Source of the DNA: a virus
Lineage: Duplodnaviria; Caudoviricetes
IMG/VR virus record: IMGVR_UViG_3300017651_000007
Location: 1 to 26,025 of that record
Direction: 5' to 3' (one strand)
Length of the DNA: 26,025 nt
This document shows, piece by piece, positions 1 through 9,800 of the stretch. The notes under the pieces are model-generated. The model worked only from the letters and a program-made list of their open reading frames with translations, had not been told where the DNA came from and did not search any database. Positions within the stretch are counted from its first letter, which is position 1. Each line of letters starts with the position of its first letter. A program made the position numbers and the translations under genes.

Positions 1-90
1 CTCGCGGTCAGCGACTACCTTGGTTGCAGGGAATCGGCCCTCTCTTCGCATGATGAAGAGAGGGACTTCATCCCGGACCAGCTTGTCCAT
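1..90 (-). CDS. 5' part of a MazG-like nucleoside-triphosphate pyrophosphohydrolase (runs off the window edge)
   Basis: Translated by hand: MDKLVRDEVPLFIMRREGRFP. KLVRDxxP is the typical N-terminus of house-cleaning all-alpha NTP-PPases. The ATG overlaps the upstream stop (TGATG). Confidence 0.6.
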   Translation of the reverse strand, partial: MDKLVRDEVPLFIMRREGRFPATKVVADRE

Positions 91-239
91 CAGTCGTCGC
101 CGGACTCGTAGGCGCCGATGTACTCGGCTAGGGTGCCGACGGTCTGAAGACCCTGGATGGATACACCGTTGGCCTGCTCCAGAGCGCGAGCGATCCGCTC
201 CAGCGCGTCGATCGCGCGCTCAACCTGATAGTCCGTCAT
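90..239 (-). CDS. Hypothetical 49-aa protein (MTDYQVERAIDALERIARALEQ...)
   Basis: Below the ORF-track cutoff. TGATG coupling at both ends fills the gap exactly. Confidence 0.7.
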   Translation of the reverse strand: MTDYQVERAIDALERIARALEQANGVSIQGLQTVGTLAEYIGAYESGDD

Positions 240-439
240 CAGTCGATCGGGTCGATGTCCTGCACGATGCGGTAGGACACGCGATGCTTGGTCACCTTGT
301 TGTCCTCGCCCAGGACGTGGTAGTCACCGGCCGGGATGGCGTCCAGCACTTCGCTCAGGTCGCCGTCCTGAGCGCGCACCACGTCGAAGCGCTTGATGGA
401 ACCGGACTTGTCCTGCTTGGCGGAAAGAACAAGAGCCAT
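239..439 (-). CDS. Hypothetical 66-aa protein
   Basis: AAGGAG ribosome-binding site upstream; tightly packed with neighbours. Confidence 0.75.
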   Translation of the reverse strand: MALVLSAKQDKSGSIKRFDVVRAQDGDLSEVLDAIPAGDYHVLGEDNKVTKHRVSYRIVQDIDPID

Positions 440-449
440 TTGACTCTCC

Positions 450-953
450 TTACTTGCTCGACTTGTGGACCAGAGTCATCCCTAGCCCCGACTGTGCTAC
501 GGCCTCGGCGTTCTCTTCACCGAAGGCCACCAGAGCCGATGCGGCCCCGGAGTTGCCCGGCGCCTTCGACCCGTCAGCCGGGAGGAAGGTCAGCCGTCCT
601 TCTATGAGGCACACGGCGCTGGCGTCGCATACGGTCTCGTGCCACCACTTCACGTCAGTGCGGGCGAAGACCAGAGCGATACCGTTCCCGTGCTCGCGGA
701 GCTTGTGCATCCAGCGCCCGGTTACTCTCCCGTAGGGAGGATTCATCCAGACGCGGCCCCACCACTCCTGCGCGAGTCCGTTGTCCTCCTCGCAGAACCA
801 GTTGTCGGCCGGGATCCACGGCAGTCCGCTCTTCGGCGAACAGGGGTCAAGGTCGAACCTGACTCCTAGTCGCTCGAAGACATGAGGGGGCGTGTACCAC
901 TCGTTGGTCGCCCCCTCATTCGGAGCATGGAGCTTCCTCCAATTCTTCGTCAC
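450..953 (-). CDS. Phage DNA N6-adenine methyltransferase (Dam-like family)
   Basis: Motifs EWYTP, FDLDPC, DNGLAQEW and catalytic NPPY. Start placed at the GTG (953) overlapping the upstream stop (GTGA), not the TTG at 980. Confidence 0.9.
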   Translation of the reverse strand: MTKNWRKLHAPNEGATNEWYTPPHVFERLGVRFDLDPCSPKSGLPWIPADNWFCEEDNGLAQEWWGRVWMNPPYGRVTGRWMHKLREHGNGIALVFARTDVKWWHETVCDASAVCLIEGRLTFLPADGSKAPGNSGAASALVAFGEENAEAVAQSGLGMTLVHKSSK

Positions 954-1129
954 GGTAGGGTGATGAACCCCGCGCTCCAATAGAGGGAGTAGTCACCGGT
1001 GTCGCGCTTGACGAACACGATGTTATACCCCTCCCTCCGGCGCTCCGCCTCGAACTCCCGGGAGGAGTTCAGGGCGCGGCCAGGGCGGTCCTTGTTGACG
1101 AAGGGCTTGTGGTGTGGCTCGAACTTCAT
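950..1129 (-). CDS. Hypothetical 59-aa protein (MKFEPHHKPFVNKDRP...)
   Basis: Translated by hand. TGATG and GTGA overlaps with both neighbours. Confidence 0.65.
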   Translation of the reverse strand: MKFEPHHKPFVNKDRPGRALNSSREFEAERRREGYNIVFVKRDTGDYSLYWSAGFITLP

Positions 1130-1338
1130 CAGGTACGCGTGAAGCTGATGATGTAGCCACGGGACACGGCGATCTCGTGGATGGTGTTCACGATCGCGTC
1201 CGCGTCCTTGTCGGGCATCGGGCGTCCAGATGGGTCATGGACGACGATGCAGACCGCCGGGGACTTGGGGACGTAACCGCCCTGTCGTCCATTGGTGCGA
1301 CCGCCACGACGGCGAGCCTTCTTGTTCTGTTCAGCCAT
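1129..1338 (-). CDS. Small protein with a basic N-terminus (69 aa)
   Basis: AAGGA RBS upstream; Arg/Lys-rich N-terminus; coupled to the next ORF. Confidence 0.7.
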   Translation of the reverse strand: MAEQNKKARRRGGRTNGRQGGYVPKSPAVCIVVHDPSGRPMPDKDADAIVNTIHEIAVSRGYIISFTRT

Positions 1339-1368
1339 GTGTGTCCTTGGCTAGAGGATGGATACGGA

Positions 1369-2664
1369 CTAGTAGCGCTGGTCGCGCCAGACGAGCTTGC
1401 CGTCGATGTAACGGGCTAGTTCGGGTACTACAGTGCCGTCAGGCCAGACGATGGCGGTGCCAAAGCCGTTCTGCCAGTTGGGGAACTTCGTGTAGCCGAG
1501 GCCACCACGGATCATCGCCATCGTGCCGATCTCCATGCCGGTGACGGTGAAAGGAGTGCCGTCGATGGAGTGGATAGTCTTGTGCGTGAGTGCCTGACGG
1601 TGGGTGTGCGCCATCGCGAGGGAGTGACGCACCTCGTCTAGGTGAGCGAGGATGGACGCGCCTGCGTCCTTCTTCACGCGCTCGCCGTGCATGGCGGCGA
1701 ACTTGTCACTGACGGCGTAGTGAGCGTGGGTGTAGTTACCCTGCGGCTCGATTAGCTCAATGCCGAGCGAGTCGAGATGCAGTAGGTCACGAATGTCCCA
1801 TACATCGCGGAAGGGATCCTGGCCGGGGATGTCGGCCGGTCGCACGCCCCATAGCTTCGACACGTACTGAAGCATCATCCTGCGGATGCGCTCGTCGTGG
1901 TTGCCGAGGAGCTTCTTCCAGCGGGTAGAAGTGGATGCCTGCACGTAATCGCGCAGCATGAGGTAGCCAGAGTTGATCGACTCCTGAGCCGTGACGTGCC
2001 ACTCCGGGTTGGCCGGGTGACGCGACTGCTCAGGTAGGTCGATCGTGTCGCCCATGAGAACGCCCTCATCCGGGACGTTGTACTCCAACCACTGGCAGAA
2101 CTTGTCGTGGAGGTCGGGGTCCTGATAGGGTGCCTGCTGGCAGCCGACGAAGACGACGAGCTTGGCCTTGCGGTCTAGCTGTACGTGGAGGCGCTGAAGG
2201 CGGAAGGAGGGACCATCCACCGCAGGCATGACGAAGGCGTACGGCTTCTTCCGGGCGCAAATGATCTTTAGCTGGCGCATCTTGACGATGCGGTTGTCAC
2301 CGTACGCCTTGTCGGAGGTCATGGCGTCCCACTCGTTGATGATGAGACCGCCGTCGATGACCTCCCACTCCTCGGGGTCAAGGCCACGCTCGCGAAGTAG
2401 TTCCTCGGGCGTATTGAGAACGTCGCCGGTCACGGGGCGACCGATGATTGTCGCCTTGTCACCCTCGATGCGGAGACTTGGCCTCTCGGCGTTGGGCCGC
2501 TGCGCATTCCATCGACGTAGTGCCCGACGAATGGAGCGATCCGAAGTCGTTACCCCCTCCGCATTGAGGTTGCGGATAACCTCGGCATAGGTCAGACCTT
2601 GAGTAACCCACTCAAGGATCTTCTCCTGATGCGCGTCTAGCGGGGATGTCTGGGAATGGTTCAC
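1369..2664 (-). CDS. N-terminal HTH plus calcineurin-like metallophosphoesterase
   Basis: HTH-like segment (GLTYAEVIRNL...SDRSIRR). Phosphoesterase motifs GDTID, GNHD, HG and HTHR. Confidence 0.8.
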   Translation of the reverse strand: MNHSQTSPLDAHQEKILEWVTQGLTYAEVIRNLNAEGVTTSDRSIRRALRRWNAQRPNAERPSLRIEGDKATIIGRPVTGDVLNTPEELLRERGLDPEEWEVIDGGLIINEWDAMTSDKAYGDNRIVKMRQLKIICARKKPYAFVMPAVDGPSFRLQRLHVQLDRKAKLVVFVGCQQAPYQDPDLHDKFCQWLEYNVPDEGVLMGDTIDLPEQSRHPANPEWHVTAQESINSGYLMLRDYVQASTSTRWKKLLGNHDERIRRMMLQYVSKLWGVRPADIPGQDPFRDVWDIRDLLHLDSLGIELIEPQGNYTHAHYAVSDKFAAMHGERVKKDAGASILAHLDEVRHSLAMAHTHRQALTHKTIHSIDGTPFTVTGMEIGTMAMIRGGLGYTKFPNWQNGFGTAIVWPDGTVVPELARYIDGKLVWRDQRY

Positions 2665-4886
2665 TAAGCCTCGTAGTCCGGTTCAATGATTGAGTACTTC
2701 TTCTTGACTGCGGGGCGAGGCAAACGCTCCACTGTCGAATCTTCCCTGGCCTCTCGTGTGCGATACACACCGGCCTCGTGATCCTCATCTTCGACAGTTG
2801 CGGGCATTTCCTCAGACTCAGCGAACGATGCCGTGTTCCCGCCGCCCACGCCGGGACGACGTTCCATGGAGACAGCGGGAGCTACGAGACCGCCTGCATT
2901 ACCTCCCTGAGGACCCGCGCCAGCCGGGGGAGGACCGCCGCCCGGGGCGCCCGCTCCGGAGCCAAATTCGCCCGGTCCTAGCTCGCCCGGGGGAGGCGGC
3001 ATCACGATCGATTCGCCTGGGGTGCCTCCAGGGCCGCCCTCCGGCCCGCCAGCACCCATCGGAGGCCCTGCCATAGGCATGCCGCCCGGAGCGCCCGGAG
3101 CGCCCATACCGCCGCCTGGGGGAGCCCCTAGGACGGTTTCGACCTCGGCCTTGAGGTCCGGCGGGATCGGCAGGCCCTTCTCCTTGAGCACCTTGTAGGT
3201 CTTCATCTTGGCTTCCTGCTGAGCCACCGTCTTCTTGACGAGTTCCTCGTTGTAGTCGTTGATCTCGTCTTCAATGTCGAAATCAACGCCGACCATGAGC
3301 GTGCGATCGGAGAGGGGTACGCCCATCGTGCGAAGCGTCTGGAGGAATTGACGTTCTGTAGCCTCGTCGCGGAGGTCAAGGGTCTGGAAGCGAAGCTCCG
3401 GGATGAGGAGCTTGTGACGCTCCTCGATGACCTTCGAGCCATCCTCCTGGGTAACGACGACCTCCTCCATGAGATCGACCTTGGTCTGGCCGCGCATCTC
3501 GAAGTCGTAGTGCTGCTGCGCCTCGGCGACGACGAGCGCCCTCTGGCGGAAGTGCTCCTTGAGGAAGCCCTGGTAGGTGCGAAGGATCTGGTTCAGGAAC
3601 TCGGCCTGGAGAGCAGAGGACGCGTACGGCTGCGAGTTCCCGCCTGCGGAAAGCAGGGAGGGGTTGACGCCGAAGATCTGCATGAGACGGGCCTCGATGC
3701 GATCGAAGTCGTCGCCGAGACGAGGCATCTGCTCGCGTCCGAAGACGTTCTCGATCTCCAGTCCGACGTGGTGCACCAGTAGACGGAAGTCGCTCGTGAG
3801 AGCGATATCCATGTCGTCGCGGAAGGCGTCTAGCTCTTCGGGACCTGGGATGTACGGCGGGTAGCCGTCACCTAGGTCAACGATGCCGAGCTTGGCGAGA
3901 ATGAGCGGGGAGTAGAGGCGCTCGGCGATAGCGTCTTGTGACGCGAGTAGCTTCTCCTCGTGGATGAGGGTACGGAGACCTCGAAGGAGGATCGGAGTGC
4001 CGTGATCGTCCCACGGCGAAGTCTTGTTGGCTACCTGCTTGAGGAGGACATCCGAGATCGGGATGTGGTCGCCACGGAGTAGGTAGGGGATCAACTCCGG
4101 GAAGTTGAGTTCTAGCTGACGGTACTCCTTGGCCGGGCTCTTCGTTTGAGCTAGCTTCTTGAGGTAGTTCGGCGGAACGATCTTCAACTGACGCGTGCCG
4201 AGAAGCGGGAAGTTCTCGATAACCACGTCCTCCGGGTTGATGAGTTCCTCGCGCTCCCATACGCCGAGGCTTTCATCGAAACTACCCATGGGGAATGCCT
4301 CGCCCACAGTCCAGTACTCTCGCCCGAGGTTCACGAAGAACTCGTCGTACTTCAACTGGTTCATGAATAGCTCTTCGTACCAGTCGGCTAGCTGCTGATC
4401 CTTGCAGTAGAACTCCATCCCCACGAGCGGGAAGCGCGTGAAGATGTCGATGAGAATCGGGACGAGGTGGTGCGTCGCGTAGTACAAGCGCAGCCACTTG
4501 TGGAGCTTGTGTCGGTGCGACTCGTCAGCGGTGTTCCACGGTAGACCCGTTACATCCCAATACTCGATCGGGTCGTAGAAGCGGGGGATGGCGGCGAAGA
4601 CATCCTTGCCTCCGCCGAATCCGGCCGTGCGGTTCAAAGAGGACGCACGGCGCTGCTGACGCATGGCGCGCATGAGACGAGTGTTCTGCTCGATCGCCTC
4701 TACGTTGTTTGCGCCTCCGGCGATGCCCTGCATGATCGTGCGCTGAAGATCACCTTCAGTGCGAGCCATGCGGTGCATGTCGTGGGCTGCTAGACGCGCC
4801 CTGGCGGTGTTGCGGGGCAATGCGACGCCCCGCCTACTTAGATTCGCTAGCTCTGCATCTAGCAGGCTCGTGTCAACTCGGCTCAT
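2664..4886 (-). CDS. Portal protein with a Gly/Pro-rich C-terminal extension
   Basis: Portal-like succession of motifs (IDIFTRFP, REYWTVGEAF, INPEDV, HGTPILLRGL, QDAIAERLYSPL, LMQIFGV) resembling portals of large actinophages; lies in the same module as the terminase. Confidence 0.75.
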   Translation of the reverse strand: MSRVDTSLLDAELANLSRRGVALPRNTARARLAAHDMHRMARTEGDLQRTIMQGIAGGANNVEAIEQNTRLMRAMRQQRRASSLNRTAGFGGGKDVFAAIPRFYDPIEYWDVTGLPWNTADESHRHKLHKWLRLYYATHHLVPILIDIFTRFPLVGMEFYCKDQQLADWYEELFMNQLKYDEFFVNLGREYWTVGEAFPMGSFDESLGVWEREELINPEDVVIENFPLLGTRQLKIVPPNYLKKLAQTKSPAKEYRQLELNFPELIPYLLRGDHIPISDVLLKQVANKTSPWDDHGTPILLRGLRTLIHEEKLLASQDAIAERLYSPLILAKLGIVDLGDGYPPYIPGPEELDAFRDDMDIALTSDFRLLVHHVGLEIENVFGREQMPRLGDDFDRIEARLMQIFGVNPSLLSAGGNSQPYASSALQAEFLNQILRTYQGFLKEHFRQRALVVAEAQQHYDFEMRGQTKVDLMEEVVVTQEDGSKVIEERHKLLIPELRFQTLDLRDEATERQFLQTLRTMGVPLSDRTLMVGVDFDIEDEINDYNEELVKKTVAQQEAKMKTYKVLKEKGLPIPPDLKAEVETVLGAPPGGGMGAPGAPGGMPMAGPPMGAGGPEGGPGGTPGESIVMPPPPGELGPGEFGSGAGAPGGGPPPAGAGPQGGNAGGLVAPAVSMERRPGVGGGNTASFAESEEMPATVEDEDHEAGVYRTREAREDSTVERLPRPAVKKKYSIIEPDYEA

Positions 4887-4934
4887 ACTCTACTCTTTAG
4901 GTACTCGACCACTCGCGGGAGCGAGTGATGATGG

Positions 4935-5675
4935 TTAGTCTCCGTAGAGAACGATCGCGTCGAAGATCTCTTCGCGGGAGAGGAATCGAGCGGACGAGGT
5001 GACAGGGTTTGCCTGACCCTCTGTTCCAGACCATGTGTCCGTGTGGATCGCCGGTTGATCGTCAACCTTCGTGATATCGGTGTTCGTGTCAAGTACTGCG
5101 CCCTGCGCGCGATCCTCGTTGCTCCAGTCCGGCGTATCCTTCAGGTCCTGGGTCTCGGACTTGTAGCGGCCGCCATCGGTGTCGATCGGCTTCAGGTTGC
5201 CCTCGTCGTTGAGCGCGTTCGGCTTCCAGGTCTTCTTATCGATCTCGGGAGAGGGCTTACCCTTGCCTCCCAGGTTGTCCTCTGCCGTGTGAACAGACGC
5301 GCCCTTGCCCACGGCGGACACGTCGTCGGAGAGGGCGCCTTCGCCGTTGCCCTCGTCGCCGCATTCGCACATCTTCTTCGGGCCGACCTTCCAGCAACGG
5401 CAGTCGTCGCAGAAGGCGCCGCCAGCGATGCGCTCGATGAAGGCGTTCTCTAGGAGAAGCGCGCCAGCCTCATGTTCGAGGCGGACTGCGGAGGCAAGGC
5501 GCCCTAGGTCATTCTGGATGAGAGCGACACGCTGCTCGAACTCATCCTTGTTAGCTGCCTGGCGCAAGAAGTCTTCGTAGCGCTCAGAAGCGCGCAGGTT
5601 GAAGAGCACGGAGGCAGTGCGAGCCGCCTTCCGCTCGTCATGCTGCTGTGCTGCGTCGTAGGAGAAGAGATCCAT
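4935..5675 (-). CDS. Putative virion or head-assembly protein
   Basis: Long ORF next to the portal; acidic low-complexity C-terminal half; CxxCxC-x8-CxC cluster. Confidence 0.55.
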   Translation of the reverse strand: MDLFSYDAAQQHDERKAARTASVLFNLRASERYEDFLRQAANKDEFEQRVALIQNDLGRLASAVRLEHEAGALLLENAFIERIAGGAFCDDCRCWKVGPKKMCECGDEGNGEGALSDDVSAVGKGASVHTAEDNLGGKGKPSPEIDKKTWKPNALNDEGNLKPIDTDGGRYKSETQDLKDTPDWSNEDRAQGAVLDTNTDITKVDDQPAIHTDTWSGTEGQANPVTSSARFLSREEIFDAIVLYGD

Positions 5676-5685
5676 TGGTTCAGCC

Positions 5686-6849
5686 TTAGGAGAAGAGGAT
5701 GTCGTCGGGTAGAGACGCGTAGCGGTCTTCCTGCGCCGACGCCTCCTTGTGGGTCGCGGTCTTGCGCTGGGCGAGGCTGGCCTTGCGCGCTTCCTCTACA
5801 TTGGTGAGGAACTGTCGCGCGATCTCCTCGGCGCGCTCAGGGGCGATGCCTGCGACCTTGGACCGAATGTGATTCAGCGCGACGTGGCGCGTCGAGCCCA
5901 TGTCGGCTACCGTGCCGTCCGAGAGGGACGCGACGAGGGTGTGCGGCTCCTCCTTGAGCACAGCGTCGAAGTCCGTGCCCTCGGCCTCGGCGATCATGTC
6001 ATTGACCACGCCGTCGAGCCAGGACGCCTCGCCACTGCCTAGGGACTCGCCAACAGGACCGGCGGTGTACTCCAGCGGCTTGTAGCCGTAGCCCTCGGCT
6101 TCCTGCGCGTCAAGGGCGTCGATAGCCTGTCGCAGGGTGGAGCGCTCGGCATCGGAGGCCACGATGATGCCGTTGAGCGTCTGTGCGTCTTCGTAGGAAG
6201 CGGTGCGAGATGCGAGCGCCGTGACGGCCTCCTGGCGGATGTCGCGGAGCTTCTCCATGCGGGCGAGCAGGGAGGCGCGATCGGGTCCAAACGGGGCTTC
6301 GAGCGCCGCCGTCAGCGACTCAGCCGCCGTCTTGGTGGAGGCAGTCTTCTCGATGGAGAACTTCGTATCCTCCGTTACGCGGAGATGAGCGATACGTCCG
6401 TTCTCTAGGCGCACGGCGATCTCCTCGCCCCATACGTCCCGAGTCTTGCTAAGGATCTTGCCCTTGAGGCCACCCGGAGTAATGACGTGCGTAGCATCCG
6501 TGGACGCCTGCATATTCCACGGCGAGTGACCCTGCTCCTGGGGGTCGCCGCCGGAATGCTGCGCCTGCGGATCACGCGGGCCGCCGTACTCGCTCGGATG
6601 CAGAATGTTGCTGTCTGTCCAGCTTTGGGCGCACTCAGGGTTGGAGCACACGTCTCCGAACGTGGTGGCGCCGCAGTCCGGGCAAACACCCTCTGAAGCG
6701 TGGCCGTAAGGGTCGCGTTCGCCAAAGCCCGGCTCACCGAACCCGACCTTCTGCTCTAGCTCGGCAAGGTTGTCCGCAGAGGCGATGACCTTGCCCTCAC
6801 GGATGGCGTACACCTTGTCGTTCTCGTAAATGAAGTGTAGCTCGCTCAT
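5686..6849 (-). CDS. Putative head-associated protein with a Zn-ribbon
   Basis: CPDC-x7-CSNPEC; helical C-terminal half; repeated KTA/RTA motifs; position in the head module. Confidence 0.55.
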   Translation of the reverse strand: MSELHFIYENDKVYAIREGKVIASADNLAELEQKVGFGEPGFGERDPYGHASEGVCPDCGATTFGDVCSNPECAQSWTDSNILHPSEYGGPRDPQAQHSGGDPQEQGHSPWNMQASTDATHVITPGGLKGKILSKTRDVWGEEIAVRLENGRIAHLRVTEDTKFSIEKTASTKTAAESLTAALEAPFGPDRASLLARMEKLRDIRQEAVTALASRTASYEDAQTLNGIIVASDAERSTLRQAIDALDAQEAEGYGYKPLEYTAGPVGESLGSGEASWLDGVVNDMIAEAEGTDFDAVLKEEPHTLVASLSDGTVADMGSTRHVALNHIRSKVAGIAPERAEEIARQFLTNVEEARKASLAQRKTATHKEASAQEDRYASLPDDILFS

Positions 6850-6888
6850 CTCTACTGCTTAGTCGTAGCCCCTATGACGTTTCTAGGG

Positions 6889-9800
6889 TTAGAGATCGAC
6901 TCGCCGAATCTCGAAATCCGAATGAGTCGTCAGAATGAACGTATACGGATCCACCTCTTCGACCTCGATCCGAGGCGAGGAGATCATGAGCGTGTGCGAA
7001 AGATTCTTTGGCACCGCGACAATGCGCTCACTATCCGCAGTCACCACGCCGCTGCGCAATCCGGATGCGACACGAGTCAAAGCGCGGACTAGGCTGAAGG
7101 TACTCACGGCGCCCGTGAATCGCGCGATTACCGGTTCAACCGATGCCCCGACCTTGGCGGAAGTACTGAGCACGACTAGGGTCACTCGACGCGAGGTGAA
7201 CGAGGCAGCCGCCACGACCGATGTCGCAAGCGTCACAGGCATTCGACGTGTCAATCGGGCCGCCGCCGACGCAGCGATAGACACTGCGGCTCCGACGCCG
7301 CGAACCACGCTAACACTAGTCTGTACGGCGCGCTCGATGCGCTTCAGGATTAGTCGATCATGTGACGGCGATCCGGCGACCGAGGCCCGGAGGGTTCGTA
7401 GACCACGACGAGCGAGCGTCGGTTCGACGCGCCCTACGGCGTTGGTGGACTTGTCTACGTCGCGGACTAGTAGCCCGGTCCCTTCTGCGGACAAGGAAGC
7501 CGTCTTTCTGGTATCGCGGACCGCCGCTGTCTGGCCTACGGCCGAGGCAGTCAGCAAGAGATTGACGAGCCCGCCGAGCTTCTGCGCGGCCGTACTGACG
7601 GCGCTAGCAGCCGTGGCCGTGATCGTTCGAGCCACTCCGCGTACGGTTTGCGTCGCCACCTGAGCGACAGTGGCGCGCATAGAGCGCACTCCCTTGACGA
7701 GCGCGCTAGATGCGGATACGGCGGTAGAGGCAAGGAGAAGTCGGACGCGTCGAGTTACAAGATCTGCGACGCCGAGAGCCTCGGCAACCACGGTCTTCGA
7801 GCTACTGCGAATCAATGCCGAGGCCCCGGACGCCTGTCGCGCAAATGCCTTGGTGACCCTCCTGCCTAGCGAGACGGTCGATGTCGCTGTAAGCGTGATA
7901 AGACGGCCGATGAACTTCAGCGTCTCGGCGCCTGCCGACCCTTCAACCGTGACCGAATCGGGCTCGCGCTCAACATGAACGACGCGCGAAGGCTCCGCCG
8001 CTCCGGTAGTCGTATATGTGACACCCGCGTGCCGTGGCACAGAGACAACGGATTGAGCATCCTCGGCAAGCAGCTTTGACACGAGACGCTGAATGGCGGC
8101 AGAGCCAGTGCCCGTATCAATAATGATCTTGCCCGACCTACGAGCGAGAGTAGAAGCGTTGACAACTGTTACCGTCAATTCTTGTGGGTATGTCGTTCCG
8201 CCGGGATCTTCCTCGCGCTCGTCGGCGCCCGCGAGCACGCACGCCACCCGAATGTCATGGTCTCCGGTAAACGCCATGTCCTGGATGGCCACCAGGATCC
8301 GGTCACTGTACTCCGTGATCGACATGGAGGAGTGCAGCGGGAAGTTGACGTTCAGCGGAACGTTCCCCTGCTCCCAATAGCCCAGCGACGAGTCGAACCA
8401 CCAGTAGTCCAACGACATGTTGAACGGGTCTTGCGTGACCAGGTAGACGTGACCAGTGGCCTTATCTACTCCCATCGCCATCGTCTCTGGATAGACGGGC
8501 GGCATGTCGTAGGTCACGCCCTCGTTCGACCTCCAGAACTTCGGCGCGTCGAACGTGTCGTTCCACGCGAAGTACGCGATACCGCTGTCCGGGTCCGTCG
8601 CGTAGCATACGTCCGGCAGGGACCCCTGGCCGGTGATGTCGGCCCGGTCCAGGTCAATCTCGATCTCGGTCTGCCAACCGCCCGACGGGAGCCACAGGCG
8701 TGCGAACGCCCACGACCTGGAACCGACATCGCCCTCCATGAAGTAGCGGTCGTTCCAATAGAACACCCACATCCCGCCACTGTCGTTCGCGCGCCCGACG
8801 CCCGTCCACCAGTGCGAGTTGTCGTCGCTCAGCTTGAACGGGAACCCGCTCGCGGTGGTCCACGTCGCGTTCGCCCCGCTGTTCTTGACCACCCAAGGCT
8901 TCGGGTGATCGGGCGGGCTGCCGTCGTTGAAGAACTCGAACGTGATCCACGGTACTCCGTCAGAGTCCGTGCTGATACTCATCTCCAGCAGCGACCCCTG
9001 GCCCGTAAAGGCATTCTGCGCCGCCGCGTCCCAACTGACGGTTCCGTCGCCAACGAGCGTGCCGCGCCGGTACTTCAGGTGGGTCGGGTTGTCGTCGCCG
9101 ACGAAGCCCCAGCAGACATGGAGCTTCTCGTGGTCCTGGTCCCAATGCATTGCCGTGTAGGCGATGGAGGTCGTCAAGGACAAACTCGCGTCCGTCGGCA
9201 TGTCGAACAACTTGTGCGGCGTCGTCCAGGTCTGCCCATTATCGGGACTCATCGTCAGCCAGGCGGCATCCTCGTCCTGGAACATCAGGTAGTCATGACC
9301 GCGCTTCTTGTCGCTGAACACGCGCCGCTGGAACTGCTGCGAGACGGCGCCAAAGTCACCGAAGGCGAAGTCACTGGTAGCCGCCACGACGCCCTCGAAG
9401 GCGTCTGGCGCGTCATCGTCGCCCGTCGGCGCGGCACGAATGACGCCGACGCAGAGCGCGACGGTCCGGTCTCCGGAGCCGCTTGCCGTGTAGGTGGCGC
9501 CGTACTGGTCCGGCTCAATCGGTTCGGCCTCAGCCCAACCCTCCCGGAAGCTGTTGTGCGTCGCGTCGTAGACCTCGGTTAGGTTGGTCCACGTAAACGA
9601 GCCGAGGGTGCTCGACCACGCGCCGCACACCGCCACCGCGTAATCGCCGGGCTCCGCATCGATCTCATTCGTCAGGACGCTCTGGGGGCTCGTGGCTCCG
9701 ACGGTGCCAGCCTGATCCCAATCACGGCAAGGGTTCACCTCAGTCTGATCCACGCCCTTCAAGAATCTGACGAGAAGCGTGCCACCTTCGTCCCAGGACG

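Noticed and set aside
2900-3130. GC-rich short repeats in the portal 3' region
   Set aside because: They encode a Gly/Pro low-complexity tail; this is not a DNA repeat element or CRISPR array.
6935-9582. Long plus-strand ORFs (e.g. 8182-9582 and 6935-7663; also 20397-21080 and 21626-22426)
   Set aside because: Antisense shadows of well-supported minus-strand genes in high-GC DNA; no motifs or RBS.
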